A DNA stretch of 64,000 nt, taken from sequence record MF158043, one strand, 5' to 3'. The notes under the pieces are model-generated. The model was not told the DNA's origin, did not search any database, and saw only the letters and a list, made by a program, of their open reading frames with translations. A program made the translations under genes and the position numbers. The number at the start of each line of letters is the position of its first letter. Within the stretch, counting starts at the first letter, position 1. This stretch comes from Shigella phage Sf16. Positions 52,033 through 60,755 of the stretch are shown piece by piece.

Positions 52033-54405
52033 ATGCGCATGGTAAATGACCACGCAACGGTAATTAAAAGCTCAAGTACACTGGAAACCTCTCAGGCTCA
52101 GATTAAGATGACACCTGAAATGTTCAGTCTTCTAAGCTCAGGTGTTTACACATATAAAGAACGTGCTGTAATTCGTGAATTGTCATGTAACGCAGTAGAT
52201 GCTCACATTGATTCTGGTAACGTTGATAAACCTTTCTTGGTTCACTTACCAACTCGTTTCGAGCCATTCTTTGAAGTTCGTGACTTTGGTACAGGGCTGA
52301 CTCATGATAAAGTTATGAAACTTTACATGACCTATGGAGAATCTACAAAGAACGATTCAAACGACTACATTGGTGCTATGGGTATCGGTTCAAAGTCACC
52401 TTTTGCGATTGCTCAGTCATTCACTGTATCAAGCTATGTTGATGGTGTAGTTAACAAATACTCAGTTTACCTTGAGAATGGTATCCCTCAAGTAACTAAG
52501 TTGACTACTAACCCAACTACAGAGCCAAATGGTTTAGCTGTTCGAGTAGCGGTATCCGATAACCGTATCAACAAGTTTCATGAAGAAGCGAGCAATGTAT
52601 ACTCGTACTTTAAAGTTAAGCCAGAGTGTAATGTTGAGTACTATGACATTCTTGAAGCAATGACTTCCATTTCTCGTGAAGATGGTGTCTATGATGCAAT
52701 GAAGTACAAAGAGAACTGGCGCTCAAATAGTAACAGCGTCCATTTCAATGTAATCATGGGTAACATTGCTTATCCGGTTGAAATGGGTGAGTTGCTTGGC
52801 TCAGAGTTTACAAGCATTCTGCCTCAGTTCTTCCGTAGTGCTGTAGACCTTGTTAACATCTACATGCCAATTGGTTCAGTGGCTATTGCTGCATCTCGTG
52901 AAGCATTGCAGATGAATGAAACTACTAAGACCAAGATTGTTGAAGCTGTGAAGAAAATCACTAAGACAATCGTAGAAGATGTGGTAAAAGAGGTTGCTAA
53001 TAAGCCAACTCTGATTGATGCTGCTCAAGCCTATGATACCATGAGGAAGGAGGCTCGTGAAATCTTTATTCACGTCCAAGATTCTCTGGAATGGCAAGGC
53101 CAGAACTTGAAAAAGCTTGAACAAAAGCTGCTAGGTATTCGCCGTGGTCAGTTAACTGAAGCAGATGGTTCTCCGTCATTCTTGAAAGATGATGCAGGTA
53201 ACTTGAGGCTTGACAAAGATGGTAATCCAGTTCCTAATATTGGTAATCTGTATGAACCTGTAGCATACTACAAGTACAGCAGTCTGGAGAACCGTATTCG
53301 AGCAACTTCAGCAACTTATTCACAAGATGCAGCAATGTTTAGTATCTTTGGTGCAATGAGTAAAGATAAGTTGAGCAACTATTTGTTCCTTATCAATGAC
53401 CGTCGAAACAAGAACGGGTCTGAGAAGACAACCGGTAAAAACCAGATTATCCGTGGAGCTTGCCGTGACCGTGAACAGGAAGACTCTAACTTCCGTCGCT
53501 ACAACGGTATTGCTTTCTTGTTCAGCAGTCAGCAGCAATTCGATGAGTTTGTAGATTTGCATATGCTTGACAAGAGTCTGTTAAGTGTGCATACAATGTC
53601 ATCTAAAGAGCACCACTATGAGAAACGTACTATTGTACGTGGTGTTATAAAACTGTATAAAGCATTTATATGTCCAAATACCGACATGATTCGCTATACA
53701 GAGGTTAAAGAGAACTTTGATGAGATTGAAGAACCACAACTGTATATCAAAGCACAGAGTGATGAAGTGATTGGTGGAATCTTCTCATGTTCACCAGAAC
53801 GTGCTGCAACGTTGATGACAGAGTTAACTGGACAGTCAGTTTATGTCTTCCGTAAAGCCAACTGGAAAAAGATTCCTGAAGATTGGACAGAAGTCAATGA
53901 ACAAGTATTGAAAGATTTTATTGATGCCACACATTGGATTGAGTATCATCGTTTCTTGACTCACCAGTATATGACAAATAATCACGATATCACTGATTGT
54001 AATGTTATTTCTCGAAACTTTACGTTTGCTGATAAGCGTAAGTCCAGAGGCCACATTTACAGTAAAGATTTTAAGAAGACTATTTTCTTAGAAGGGAATG
54101 AAGAGGCTATAGAAGCAATGTTTGGACGCTTGGCATACACTGCTGCACCAGTTGCTTACAAAGATATTACCAGCACTCTTGATACCATTCGTAGGAATAT
54201 GAGAGGTTCTTGTAAGCCAAGAAAGGTTCTGGATAATGCTAAGAAGCGTCTTGAAAGCAAGTTCAAAGATTACTTTGAGAAACGCCGTAAAGAAAACTTC
54301 TTGCTTTCTAATCTGGATTGGAATAAAGTATCACCAGTCGAAGTTGGTAAGTTTTTAGGTTTTGACACTAAGAGCATTCCAGAAGATACTGTATGCTGGG
54401 ATTAA
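52033..54405 (+). CDS. rIIA: rIIA-like protein (GHKL ATPase-like N-domain)
   Basis: RELSCNAVDAH, RDFGTGL, SNDYIGAMGIGSKSPF motifs as in T4 rIIA; 790 aa; followed by rIIB-like gene. Confidence 0.7.
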   Translation: MRMVNDHATVIKSSSTLETSQAQIKMTPEMFSLLSSGVYTYKERAVIRELSCNAVDAHIDSGNVDKPFLVHLPTRFEPFFEVRDFGTGLTHDKVMKLYMTYGESTKNDSNDYIGAMGIGSKSPFAIAQSFTVSSYVDGVVNKYSVYLENGIPQVTKLTTNPTTEPNGLAVRVAVSDNRINKFHEEASNVYSYFKVKPECNVEYYDILEAMTSISREDGVYDAMKYKENWRSNSNSVHFNVIMGNIAYPVEMGELLGSEFTSILPQFFRSAVDLVNIYMPIGSVAIAASREALQMNETTKTKIVEAVKKITKTIVEDVVKEVANKPTLIDAAQAYDTMRKEAREIFIHVQDSLEWQGQNLKKLEQKLLGIRRGQLTEADGSPSFLKDDAGNLRLDKDGNPVPNIGNLYEPVAYYKYSSLENRIRATSATYSQDAAMFSIFGAMSKDKLSNYLFLINDRRNKNGSEKTTGKNQIIRGACRDREQEDSNFRRYNGIAFLFSSQQQFDEFVDLHMLDKSLLSVHTMSSKEHHYEKRTIVRGVIKLYKAFICPNTDMIRYTEVKENFDEIEEPQLYIKAQSDEVIGGIFSCSPERAATLMTELTGQSVYVFRKANWKKIPEDWTEVNEQVLKDFIDATHWIEYHRFLTHQYMTNNHDITDCNVISRNFTFADKRKSRGHIYSKDFKKTIFLEGNEEAIEAMFGRLAYTAAPVAYKDITSTLDTIRRNMRGSCKPRKVLDNAKKRLESKFKDYFEKRRKENFLLSNLDWNKVSPVEVGKFLGFDTKSIPEDTVCWD

Positions 54406-54412
54406 AAATAGT

Positions 54413-54441
54413 TTGACAGGGGCTGAAAAGCCCCTTAGAAT
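54413..54441 (+). promoter_or_regulatory. promoter TTGACA-17-TAGAAT with hairpin in spacer
   Basis: spacer is the GGGGCUGAAAAGCCCC hairpin. Confidence 0.45.
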
Positions 54442-54484
54442 ACGAACCACTAAGTAATTTTAAACAACAAAGAGAGATATTGAA

Positions 54485-55606
54485 ATGACTACTAAGACTA
54501 AAGCACAAATCGACGCAGAAATCTATGCACTGGTTAAAGAAGGTAAACTGACCAAAACTGCAATCGCTCTGAAGTATAACACTTCAACCCGTTCGGTAGG
54601 TCGTGCTGTAGAGCGTCATGAAGCAACGCTGCTGTCAGGGAAAACCAAAGCAAAACCTGCAAAGACTCTGAAAGATATTGCAAAGAGTGCTAAGAAAGCT
54701 AAAGCGACCAAGAAGGTATCTAAGCAGAAACCTGTTGCAAAAGCTGTTAAAGAAGCAGTTAAAGCAGAACCTGTAAATGCTCTGCATGAAGCAATGCAGA
54801 ATAACAGCCAGATTGAGTACATGATTACTGGCGATTCTGTTATCATGACTTTCGGTGCAGAGTCTGAGATTGTTGAGTCAACTCATCCTAACTACACTGA
54901 TATTGTAATGGCTGTTGTTTCAGGTGAGTACAAGAAAGCTTTTGAACTGATGAACATTCGCAAGTCTATTGAGAACTTCACTCAGGGTGCTGTAACCATC
55001 AAAGGCGACAACCTGTATTACGGTGCTGTTCAGATGCGCTCAACTCTGGTAGACCGTATTCTGGATATGATGAAGAAAGGTGATAGTGGTTTTGTTCGAC
55101 TGATTGCATTCTTCGAAAAACTGATGGAAAACCCATCAAAAGATTCTGTAGAACAACTTTGGGGCTTCGTATCACACCTTGATGTTGAAATTGATGAAGA
55201 AGGTTATATCATCGGCTGGAAGAAAGTCACAACTCGTGGTGGTAAACTGTTTGACTCTCGCACCTGCAAAGTTCCAAATGATTTGGGTAACATTGTAGAG
55301 ATGCCACGTTGGATGGTTGATAATAACCGTCATGTAACCTGCTCTCAGGGTCTGCACGTTGGTGCTTGGGATTATGTAACTAGCTTCTCTGGTGACACTA
55401 TCCTGAAAGTTCGTGTTCATCCTCGTGATGTTGTTTCAGTACCAACTGACTACAACGACATGAAAATGCGAGCTTCCCGCTATGAAGTTGCAGCGATTGT
55501 AAATAGTCGCCGTGAAGTCATCAAAGAGTGGGATGGTTCAGAAGCACTCCACGTAGTTGTAGGTACTGCTGGTGAACTGATTTCTCAGCGTAAACGTGAA
55601 GTTTAA
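54485..55606 (+). CDS. rIIB: rIIB-like protein
   Basis: C-terminal KVRVHPRDVVSVPTDYNDMKMR and LVDRILDMMKKGD resemble T4 rIIB; Lys/Ala-rich insert near N-terminus. Confidence 0.65.
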   Translation: MTTKTKAQIDAEIYALVKEGKLTKTAIALKYNTSTRSVGRAVERHEATLLSGKTKAKPAKTLKDIAKSAKKAKATKKVSKQKPVAKAVKEAVKAEPVNALHEAMQNNSQIEYMITGDSVIMTFGAESEIVESTHPNYTDIVMAVVSGEYKKAFELMNIRKSIENFTQGAVTIKGDNLYYGAVQMRSTLVDRILDMMKKGDSGFVRLIAFFEKLMENPSKDSVEQLWGFVSHLDVEIDEEGYIIGWKKVTTRGGKLFDSRTCKVPNDLGNIVEMPRWMVDNNRHVTCSQGLHVGAWDYVTSFSGDTILKVRVHPRDVVSVPTDYNDMKMRASRYEVAAIVNSRREVIKEWDGSEALHVVVGTAGELISQRKREV

Positions 55607-55623
55607 TAAGTAAATTCCTAAAG

Positions 55624-55648
55624 GGGCTGCTTCGGCAGCCTTTTTTAT
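55624..55648 (+). terminator. rho-independent terminator (UUCG tetraloop)
   Basis: GGCUGC-uucg-GCAGCC followed by UUUUUU. Confidence 0.6.
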
Positions 55649-55676
55649 TTGAAAAATGTGCAGGTTAGTGTATAAT
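55649..55676 (+). promoter_or_regulatory. promoter TTGAAA-16-TATAAT
   Basis: near-consensus hexamers immediately after terminator. Confidence 0.5.
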
Positions 55677-55707
55677 TGTCTGCATGTTTAACAAAATAGG
55701 AGTGCAA

Positions 55708-56256
55708 ATGAAGAAATTTGTTTTAGGTTTGTGCTTATTCTTTACAGCACATTTAGCTACAGCATCTGACTGTCCAGAGCTTACAATCAGCCAGAAAGTT
55801 AATATGTTAAAAGCATATAACTATGGCGAAGGACAGATGGGAAAAGGTTGGGGAATCCCTTTAGCAGCTATAGCCTTACAAGAGTCACAATTAGGTGTCA
55901 TGTTAGAAAATAAAAAGACTCATGATTATGGTGTTTTCCAGAATCACTTGAAGACTGTTGTAAAGCGTAACAAGGTATCTCCAAAGGTTGCTAAGAAGAA
56001 GCTAGTAAGTGACTTCCATTACTCAGCGAAAGAGGCTCATAAGGAGCTATTATTCTGGACTAAGGTTCATGGTAACCCAGATGGAAAGTACTCTATGAAG
56101 CGTGTCCTAGCTTCTTATAATGCTGGTTACAAATACAAGATTCCAAAGGCTAGACAATACTCTCAAGATGTGTACAATAACATGAAACTGCTGGCTCAAT
56201 GTGAGTTTGCAACAAACATTAAAAAGGTAAAATATGAGCGAATCAAAACAATTTGA
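55708..56256 (+). CDS. secreted lytic transglycosylase (SLT)-like protein, candidate endolysin
   Basis: ATG 55708 with AGGAG RBS; Sec signal MKKFVLGLCLFFTAHLATA; AIALQESQLG resembles SLT catalytic E-S motif. Confidence 0.5.
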   Translation: MKKFVLGLCLFFTAHLATASDCPELTISQKVNMLKAYNYGEGQMGKGWGIPLAAIALQESQLGVMLENKKTHDYGVFQNHLKTVVKRNKVSPKVAKKKLVSDFHYSAKEAHKELLFWTKVHGNPDGKYSMKRVLASYNAGYKYKIPKARQYSQDVYNNMKLLAQCEFATNIKKVKYERIKTI

Positions 56257-56929
56257 TATGGTTCTGTGTCATGCTTATGATATTAAGCCACTTGATTTAG
56301 ATATCAGTTCTGCAAGTTGGTCAGATATTGCTAGAGCTGACTTTGCAGATACAGCAAGAAATGTTATATGTAGTTTTGAAGACTTTCATTCAACAAAGAC
56401 ACAGATTCCTTGTCAGGATTTGCTAACAGGTAAAACTGTATATGTTGGTCGTAACAGCCTTATCTTGGTTGCAAAGAACTTGGAAGAAAAACGTAAAATG
56501 GTCTTAGCAGACATTGACGGTGTTCTTACAAGCTTTAATAAGGAGCTTAATGCAACTCTGCTAACTGATGGTACTTACTCACAGTACACTGATTTGGTAG
56601 AATCTTGCAGAGCTAAACCAACATATGTTTTTAACATTCTGTGTGGTATATCAAGAAATGCTGATATAGGATTCTTAACTGCTCGTGGTGAATCACAAAG
56701 AGTTGTCACACATCTTTTCCTGAATGAGAATGTAGACAGTGATTTCCTACTGTTTATGCGTGGATTTGGTGACAATGAGATTAGTGCAGAAAGTTTGAAA
56801 GTTCGTATGCTTCAGTCTTGCATTCTACCTTACTATGATGTAGTATGCTTTATAGAAGATACAGTGAAGAACGTGGAGAAGGTTGAAAGAATCTTACCAC
56901 ACATCAAAACAATGCTTGTTAAAAACTGA
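56234..56929 (+). CDS. putative HAD-like phosphatase
   Basis: LADIDGVL (DxDG[TV]), FLTAR and downstream Asp motifs; weak. Confidence 0.3.
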   Translation: MSESKQFDMVLCHAYDIKPLDLDISSASWSDIARADFADTARNVICSFEDFHSTKTQIPCQDLLTGKTVYVGRNSLILVAKNLEEKRKMVLADIDGVLTSFNKELNATLLTDGTYSQYTDLVESCRAKPTYVFNILCGISRNADIGFLTARGESQRVVTHLFLNENVDSDFLLFMRGFGDNEISAESLKVRMLQSCILPYYDVVCFIEDTVKNVEKVERILPHIKTMLVKN

Positions 56930-56940
56930 GAGAGTAAACC

Positions 56941-57405
56941 ATGCAAAACATTATTACAGTAGCTATCGATGCTTCCGGTAACAAATCACAGGTAGTTCGT
57001 GAGATTATCAAAAGTAATTTCGATGGTAAAATCTTTCGTGCAGTAAACGTGAAAGCTGATGGTAACATTCGTGAGTATCGTGCAATGTTGAATGTTACAA
57101 AACACGTTAAGGGTGTTGGTTCAACTACTGCTCATAAAGAAAATCTGATGACTATCTATGATATGGGTATGGCTTCAGAGTTAGGTGCAAAAGGGATTGT
57201 ACAATCCGGTGCTCCTTACCGTTCTTTCAATCTGGAAACTGCTCTTATGCTTTCCTTTACAAGTGGTTCTCAAACTACCACTTACCTCTTCACAGATACT
57301 GCAACGGTTTCTGCGATTAAGGACAATACCATTAAGGCTGGCGTAGCTGCTGCTTCAAAAGCCTCAACAATGGCAGCAAATGTCCTTGCGAAAGTTCTTG
57401 GTTAA
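56941..57405 (+). CDS. hypothetical protein
   Basis: 154-aa ORF. Confidence 0.35.
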   Translation: MQNIITVAIDASGNKSQVVREIIKSNFDGKIFRAVNVKADGNIREYRAMLNVTKHVKGVGSTTAHKENLMTIYDMGMASELGAKGIVQSGAPYRSFNLETALMLSFTSGSQTTTYLFTDTATVSAIKDNTIKAGVAAASKASTMAANVLAKVLG

Positions 57406-57416
57406 AGTTATTATAG

Positions 57417-57441
57417 AGGCTCCTTCGGGAGCCTTTTTCAT
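57417..57441 (+). terminator. rho-independent terminator (UUCG tetraloop)
   Basis: AGGCUCC-uucg-GGAGCCU followed by UUUUU. Confidence 0.6.
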
Positions 57442-57457
57442 TTCTAGGAGAAGTTAA

Positions 57458-57805
57458 ATGACGTTTAAAGAATTTTGTCAAGCAGCTTTTGTAATCATTT
57501 TCTTAACAGGTGTTGGTGCTTGGGGAGGCTACACTTACAAGACCAGCCAAGTTAATGAAAAGGAGCTAACTAACCAGAAACTGGTAAGTGTTGCTAAAGA
57601 TGCTTATCAAGAAGGTTTATCAAATCTTAGCTCCAATTACAAAAATGATTTGAAAGATGTGCTTGCTAAAAACAAACACACCAAAGAGGTATTGAACTAT
57701 GAAAAAACTAAGACAGTCTTTATTAATGATTGTGCTACTGAGCCTTATGTCAGGGTGTTCAACGAGCAAAGTGAGCAGTACCTTCAAAAACTCCCAAGTA
57801 AGTGA
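57458..57805 (+). CDS. i-spanin-like protein
   Basis: N-terminal TM helix FVIIFLTGVGAWGGY, then periplasmic domain; overlapped by lipoprotein ORF. Confidence 0.45.
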   Translation: MTFKEFCQAAFVIIFLTGVGAWGGYTYKTSQVNEKELTNQKLVSVAKDAYQEGLSNLSSNYKNDLKDVLAKNKHTKEVLNYEKTKTVFINDCATEPYVRVFNEQSEQYLQKLPSK

Positions 57806-57965
57806 GAGTGACAAGTATACTCAAGAAGAAGCACGTTATGAGGTTAAAGGCACTAAAGGTGAAGACCTTGCAAGTGCTCTTGAGTTTTATCGTGATGGTT
57901 ACTATGAATGTACTATTAAGGCAAACAATTTAATTGATATGATTTTGTTAGGGAATAAGCAGTAA
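57699..57965 (+). CDS. o-spanin-like lipoprotein
   Basis: lipoprotein signal MKKLRQSLLMIVLLSLMSGC; starts inside the previous ORF in another frame. Confidence 0.45.
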   Translation: MKKLRQSLLMIVLLSLMSGCSTSKVSSTFKNSQVSESDKYTQEEARYEVKGTKGEDLASALEFYRDGYYECTIKANNLIDMILLGNKQ

Positions 57966-58234
57966 TGACAGAGAAGAATGAAACATTTTTTGTGGAAGGT
58001 TATCTTCTGTTACCAAGACCAAGTAACACTTACATGAGATTTGACATTATGCCAACGGTTATGGATGATGTAACTTGTCACATCTTTATGCAGGGTGTTT
58101 CTACACAACTTAAACATGTTGGAAGAGATTGCAAAATACGTGTTGACAACCATCCTGAAATCAACGAGAATCACTACACATGGTTCGGGGAAGATTCTAA
58201 AGAAATCTATGCAGTCCTTAAAACGAGGAAATAA
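57965..58234 (+). CDS. hypothetical protein
   Basis: 89-aa ORF. Confidence 0.35.
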   Translation: MTEKNETFFVEGYLLLPRPSNTYMRFDIMPTVMDDVTCHIFMQGVSTQLKHVGRDCKIRVDNHPEINENHYTWFGEDSKEIYAVLKTRK

Positions 58235-58237
58235 AGT

Positions 58238-58690
58238 ATGAAAGTTCAACCATATTATACTGAGTTTAAAGATTCTAACGGTGAAATCTGCACATTACAA
58301 AGAAGCTCATCATTTGAGCCTCGTATTTGGCTTGGTGCAAAAGAAGTCTCAGTAAAGTATCTGAGCAATGGTTGGAAAGAACTGGATATACCCGCATTGA
58401 CAGGTAAGGATTTTGTAGGTAATCAACGTATGAACCTGAACCAAGCTCAGGTAAAAGAGCTACTACCTTACCTTCAATACTTCGCAGAACATGGTGAGTT
58501 ACCTAACTGTGAAATTTCACCAGAAACACATACTGATAAAAAGCAAGAATTGCTTAAACTGATTGAAGAGTATGGTGATTCTCGTTACAATGAAGCTGGA
58601 GAAAGTTGTGTAGGTTCTGTAGAGGGTTTAACACTCTGGGAAGAAGCCTCAATAGCCTTACTCCAACAAATCAAAGAAGTTATCCAGTGA
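58238..58690 (+). CDS. hypothetical protein
   Basis: 150-aa ORF. Confidence 0.35.
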   Translation: MKVQPYYTEFKDSNGEICTLQRSSSFEPRIWLGAKEVSVKYLSNGWKELDIPALTGKDFVGNQRMNLNQAQVKELLPYLQYFAEHGELPNCEISPETHTDKKQELLKLIEEYGDSRYNEAGESCVGSVEGLTLWEEASIALLQQIKEVIQ

Positions 58691-58696
58691 GGTTTA

Positions 58697-59026
58697 GTGA
58701 TGCAACTAGATGGTAAGAATTATGTAGCCGTCTTTTCAGACGGTGAGAAAGAAATTGGTACAGCACAAGTCTGTCACAGTGGTAAAGAGTTTCTCTATGG
58801 GGTTGTTGCATTCATTGGTACTCGTGGTGATATGAAATCTTTTAAAGATTGTGTTGACAAGCTTGAAGAATCCATAGAGAATCATTGGTGTCTGATATGG
58901 CTTAATGCAGAGAATGTTAAAGAACGCTATGCAAAAGTTGGTATCCATATTGAAAGCATCGAACATGTTGACCTGTTTGAACTAACTGAAAAGGTGATGT
59001 ATGAAAGCAATTCTGGTAAGAAGTAA
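58697..59026 (+). CDS. hypothetical protein
   Basis: 109-aa ORF. Confidence 0.35.
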   Translation: MMQLDGKNYVAVFSDGEKEIGTAQVCHSGKEFLYGVVAFIGTRGDMKSFKDCVDKLEESIENHWCLIWLNAENVKERYAKVGIHIESIEHVDLFELTEKVMYESNSGKK

Positions 59027-59225
59027 AGTTACACGTCAAGTGTTAGCAGGGGCTATATTTGTTGGACGGGATGAGGTGATGCCATTTGGTTCACGAATCT
59101 ATAAAGGTTCTGTACTATCACATAGCCACTTTAAGGCTGGTGATTTTTGTCACTATATTAACAGGGGCTATCTAAGAGAGGAACTCGGATATTGGAAGAC
59201 CCGCATTAAGGGAAAGATACGGTGA
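59001..59225 (+). CDS. hypothetical protein
   Basis: 74-aa ORF overlapping previous gene end. Confidence 0.3.
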   Translation: MKAILVRSKVTRQVLAGAIFVGRDEVMPFGSRIYKGSVLSHSHFKAGDFCHYINRGYLREELGYWKTRIKGKIR

Positions 59226-59254
59226 CAGAGTATTCTTACAAGAGGTAATCTCAA

Positions 59255-59455
59255 ATGGCTGATTTCTGCACTAAGTGTTCTGTTGAGATGTTTGGAAAAG
59301 ACACAGGGGACTTAAAAGGCCTCTTTACAAAAGCAGAGTTTGAAGCTGGTTCAGCAATGCCAGTAATCTGTGAAGGTTGTGGTGCTTTATGGGTAGACCA
59401 TGAAGGTAACCGAGTTAAACCATCTGAAGATAACGAACGTTGGGAGCATTACTAA
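59255..59455 (+). CDS. small zinc-ribbon protein
   Basis: CTKC ... CEGCG cysteine pairs. Confidence 0.4.
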   Translation: MADFCTKCSVEMFGKDTGDLKGLFTKAEFEAGSAMPVICEGCGALWVDHEGNRVKPSEDNERWEHY

Positions 59456-59456
59456 T

Positions 59457-60251
59457 ATGGGTATCGTAAAAATTATTAAAGGTGATATCTTTAAAGACTT
59501 TGATGGTAAGAAATTTGATATCATTGGTCACGGTTGTAACTGCATGAACTTGATGGGTGCAGGTATCGCAGCAACAATTGCCAAACGTTACCCAAAAGCT
59601 TATGAAACTGACGCTGAAGTTTATGCTACAGTAGGTGGTGAAAATCATAACCCTAAGCATCTAATGCTTGGTAACATCTCTGTAGCACGTTTTAAGCAGG
59701 GTCGAATTGCTAACCTTTACACTCAGGTTATCACTGGCAAAGATGCACGATACAACGCCTTAGAAGCAGCTTTACAGCGTCTTAACAACTACTGTAAAGT
59801 TAATCAACTTAAGAAAGTTGGGCTTCCGATGATTGGTGCAGGGATTGGTGGTCTTGATAGCATGGCTGTGCTGTCCATTATCAACCAGACTATGAAGGAT
59901 GTTGACGTTTATATGTATGTCTATGAAGATAAGATGTACAGTCAGTTGACTAGTCCTGTTACTGGTTGGGAGAACTTCAGTGAGCCTCAATACTTTGATG
60001 GTGTTGCTGTGGTAGGCAAGGATAAAGTTACCCTCAAGGTGAAGCGTAATGGCAAGGTACACACCAGTTACCCTCCGGTTGAGAAGTACAATCGAAGTAA
60101 CGCTCAAGTTACCCACCCGTTACAAGGCCACCACCACAGAGCGGTAACGTTTGGCGATGATGCAAGTGTATATATCAATGCGACTACAGAAGAGTTTGCA
60201 GAAGATTATATCACACATGAAAACGTAAACTATGTTGAAGCACGTAACTAA
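59457..60251 (+). CDS. macro-domain protein, TARG1/DarG-like ADP-ribosyl hydrolase (putative)
   Basis: IKGDIF...DIIGHGCNCMNLMGAGIAATIAKRYP and LPMIGAGIGGLD...VYMYVY match the TARG1/DarG macro pattern; extra C-terminal ~110 aa. Confidence 0.65.
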   Translation: MGIVKIIKGDIFKDFDGKKFDIIGHGCNCMNLMGAGIAATIAKRYPKAYETDAEVYATVGGENHNPKHLMLGNISVARFKQGRIANLYTQVITGKDARYNALEAALQRLNNYCKVNQLKKVGLPMIGAGIGGLDSMAVLSIINQTMKDVDVYMYVYEDKMYSQLTSPVTGWENFSEPQYFDGVAVVGKDKVTLKVKRNGKVHTSYPPVEKYNRSNAQVTHPLQGHHHRAVTFGDDASVYINATTEEFAEDYITHENVNYVEARN

Positions 60252-60277
60252 TAAGTCACCTAGATAGACATAGACAA

Positions 60278-60325
60278 GCCCTCCAAAGTTTGAGTTTTAA
60301 ATCTCAGGTAAGGAGGGCTTTTTCA
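60278..60325 (+). terminator. putative terminator
   Basis: GCCCUCC ... GGAGGGC stem with long loop, then UUUUU. Confidence 0.4.
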
Positions 60326-60515
60326 TTTCAAATCTGTGCAGGTATAGTTGAGTAGAACTCTGGACAGATTTCTTTAACTGAACTCCAAAGGGAAATTTCA
60401 TTTTCAAAACGTACAGGTCTAGACTCCAAAGAGCTTTTTCATTTTCAATCTGTGCAGATGCAGTTGGACTCCAAAGGGAAAATTCATTTTCAAATTGTGC
60501 AGGTAGGTAGCTGTA
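60281..60515. repeat. four degenerate ~45-bp direct repeats
   Basis: unit ACTCCAAAG(G/A)G...TTTCATTTTCAA(A/T)(T/C)TGTGCAG(G/A)T seen four times. Confidence 0.55.
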
Positions 60516-60522
60516 GGAAACC

Positions 60523-60556
60523 AGCCCCACCACCCCCTCTTACTCCCCTTCCTCCC
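60523..60556. other. C-rich polypyrimidine tract
   Basis: cccaccaccccctcttactccccttcctccc. Confidence 0.4.
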
Positions 60557-60676
60557 AAAAGTCAAGCTAAAAATTTGTAGAGAACTGAAAAATAATTCTT
60601 GACGAGATTTCTGTTTTAGTGTATTCGCATACGTGCGTTCTATTCACGAAACATAAAATATTTTTAAAAAATTTTG

Positions 60677-60703
60677 TTGACTTCATAAATCCAGTCTTAT
60701 AGT
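60677..60703 (+). promoter_or_regulatory. promoter TTGACT-15-TATAGT with AT-rich upstream element
   Basis: hexamers read directly; first promoter of the small-ORF array. Confidence 0.5.
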
Positions 60704-60755
60704 ATTTGCATCAACGGGAAACATCCCAACAATCCTAAACTGGAGAATCTAAAAA

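Noticed and set aside
60281-60515. Possible CRISPR array
   Set aside because: Only four units, degenerate rather than identical, with no regular unique spacers and no cas genes in the window.
60297-60533. 78-aa minus-strand ORF from the track
   Set aside because: It lies entirely within the direct-repeat block; its internal amino-acid repeats simply mirror the DNA repeats, and it has no RBS. Treated as non-coding.
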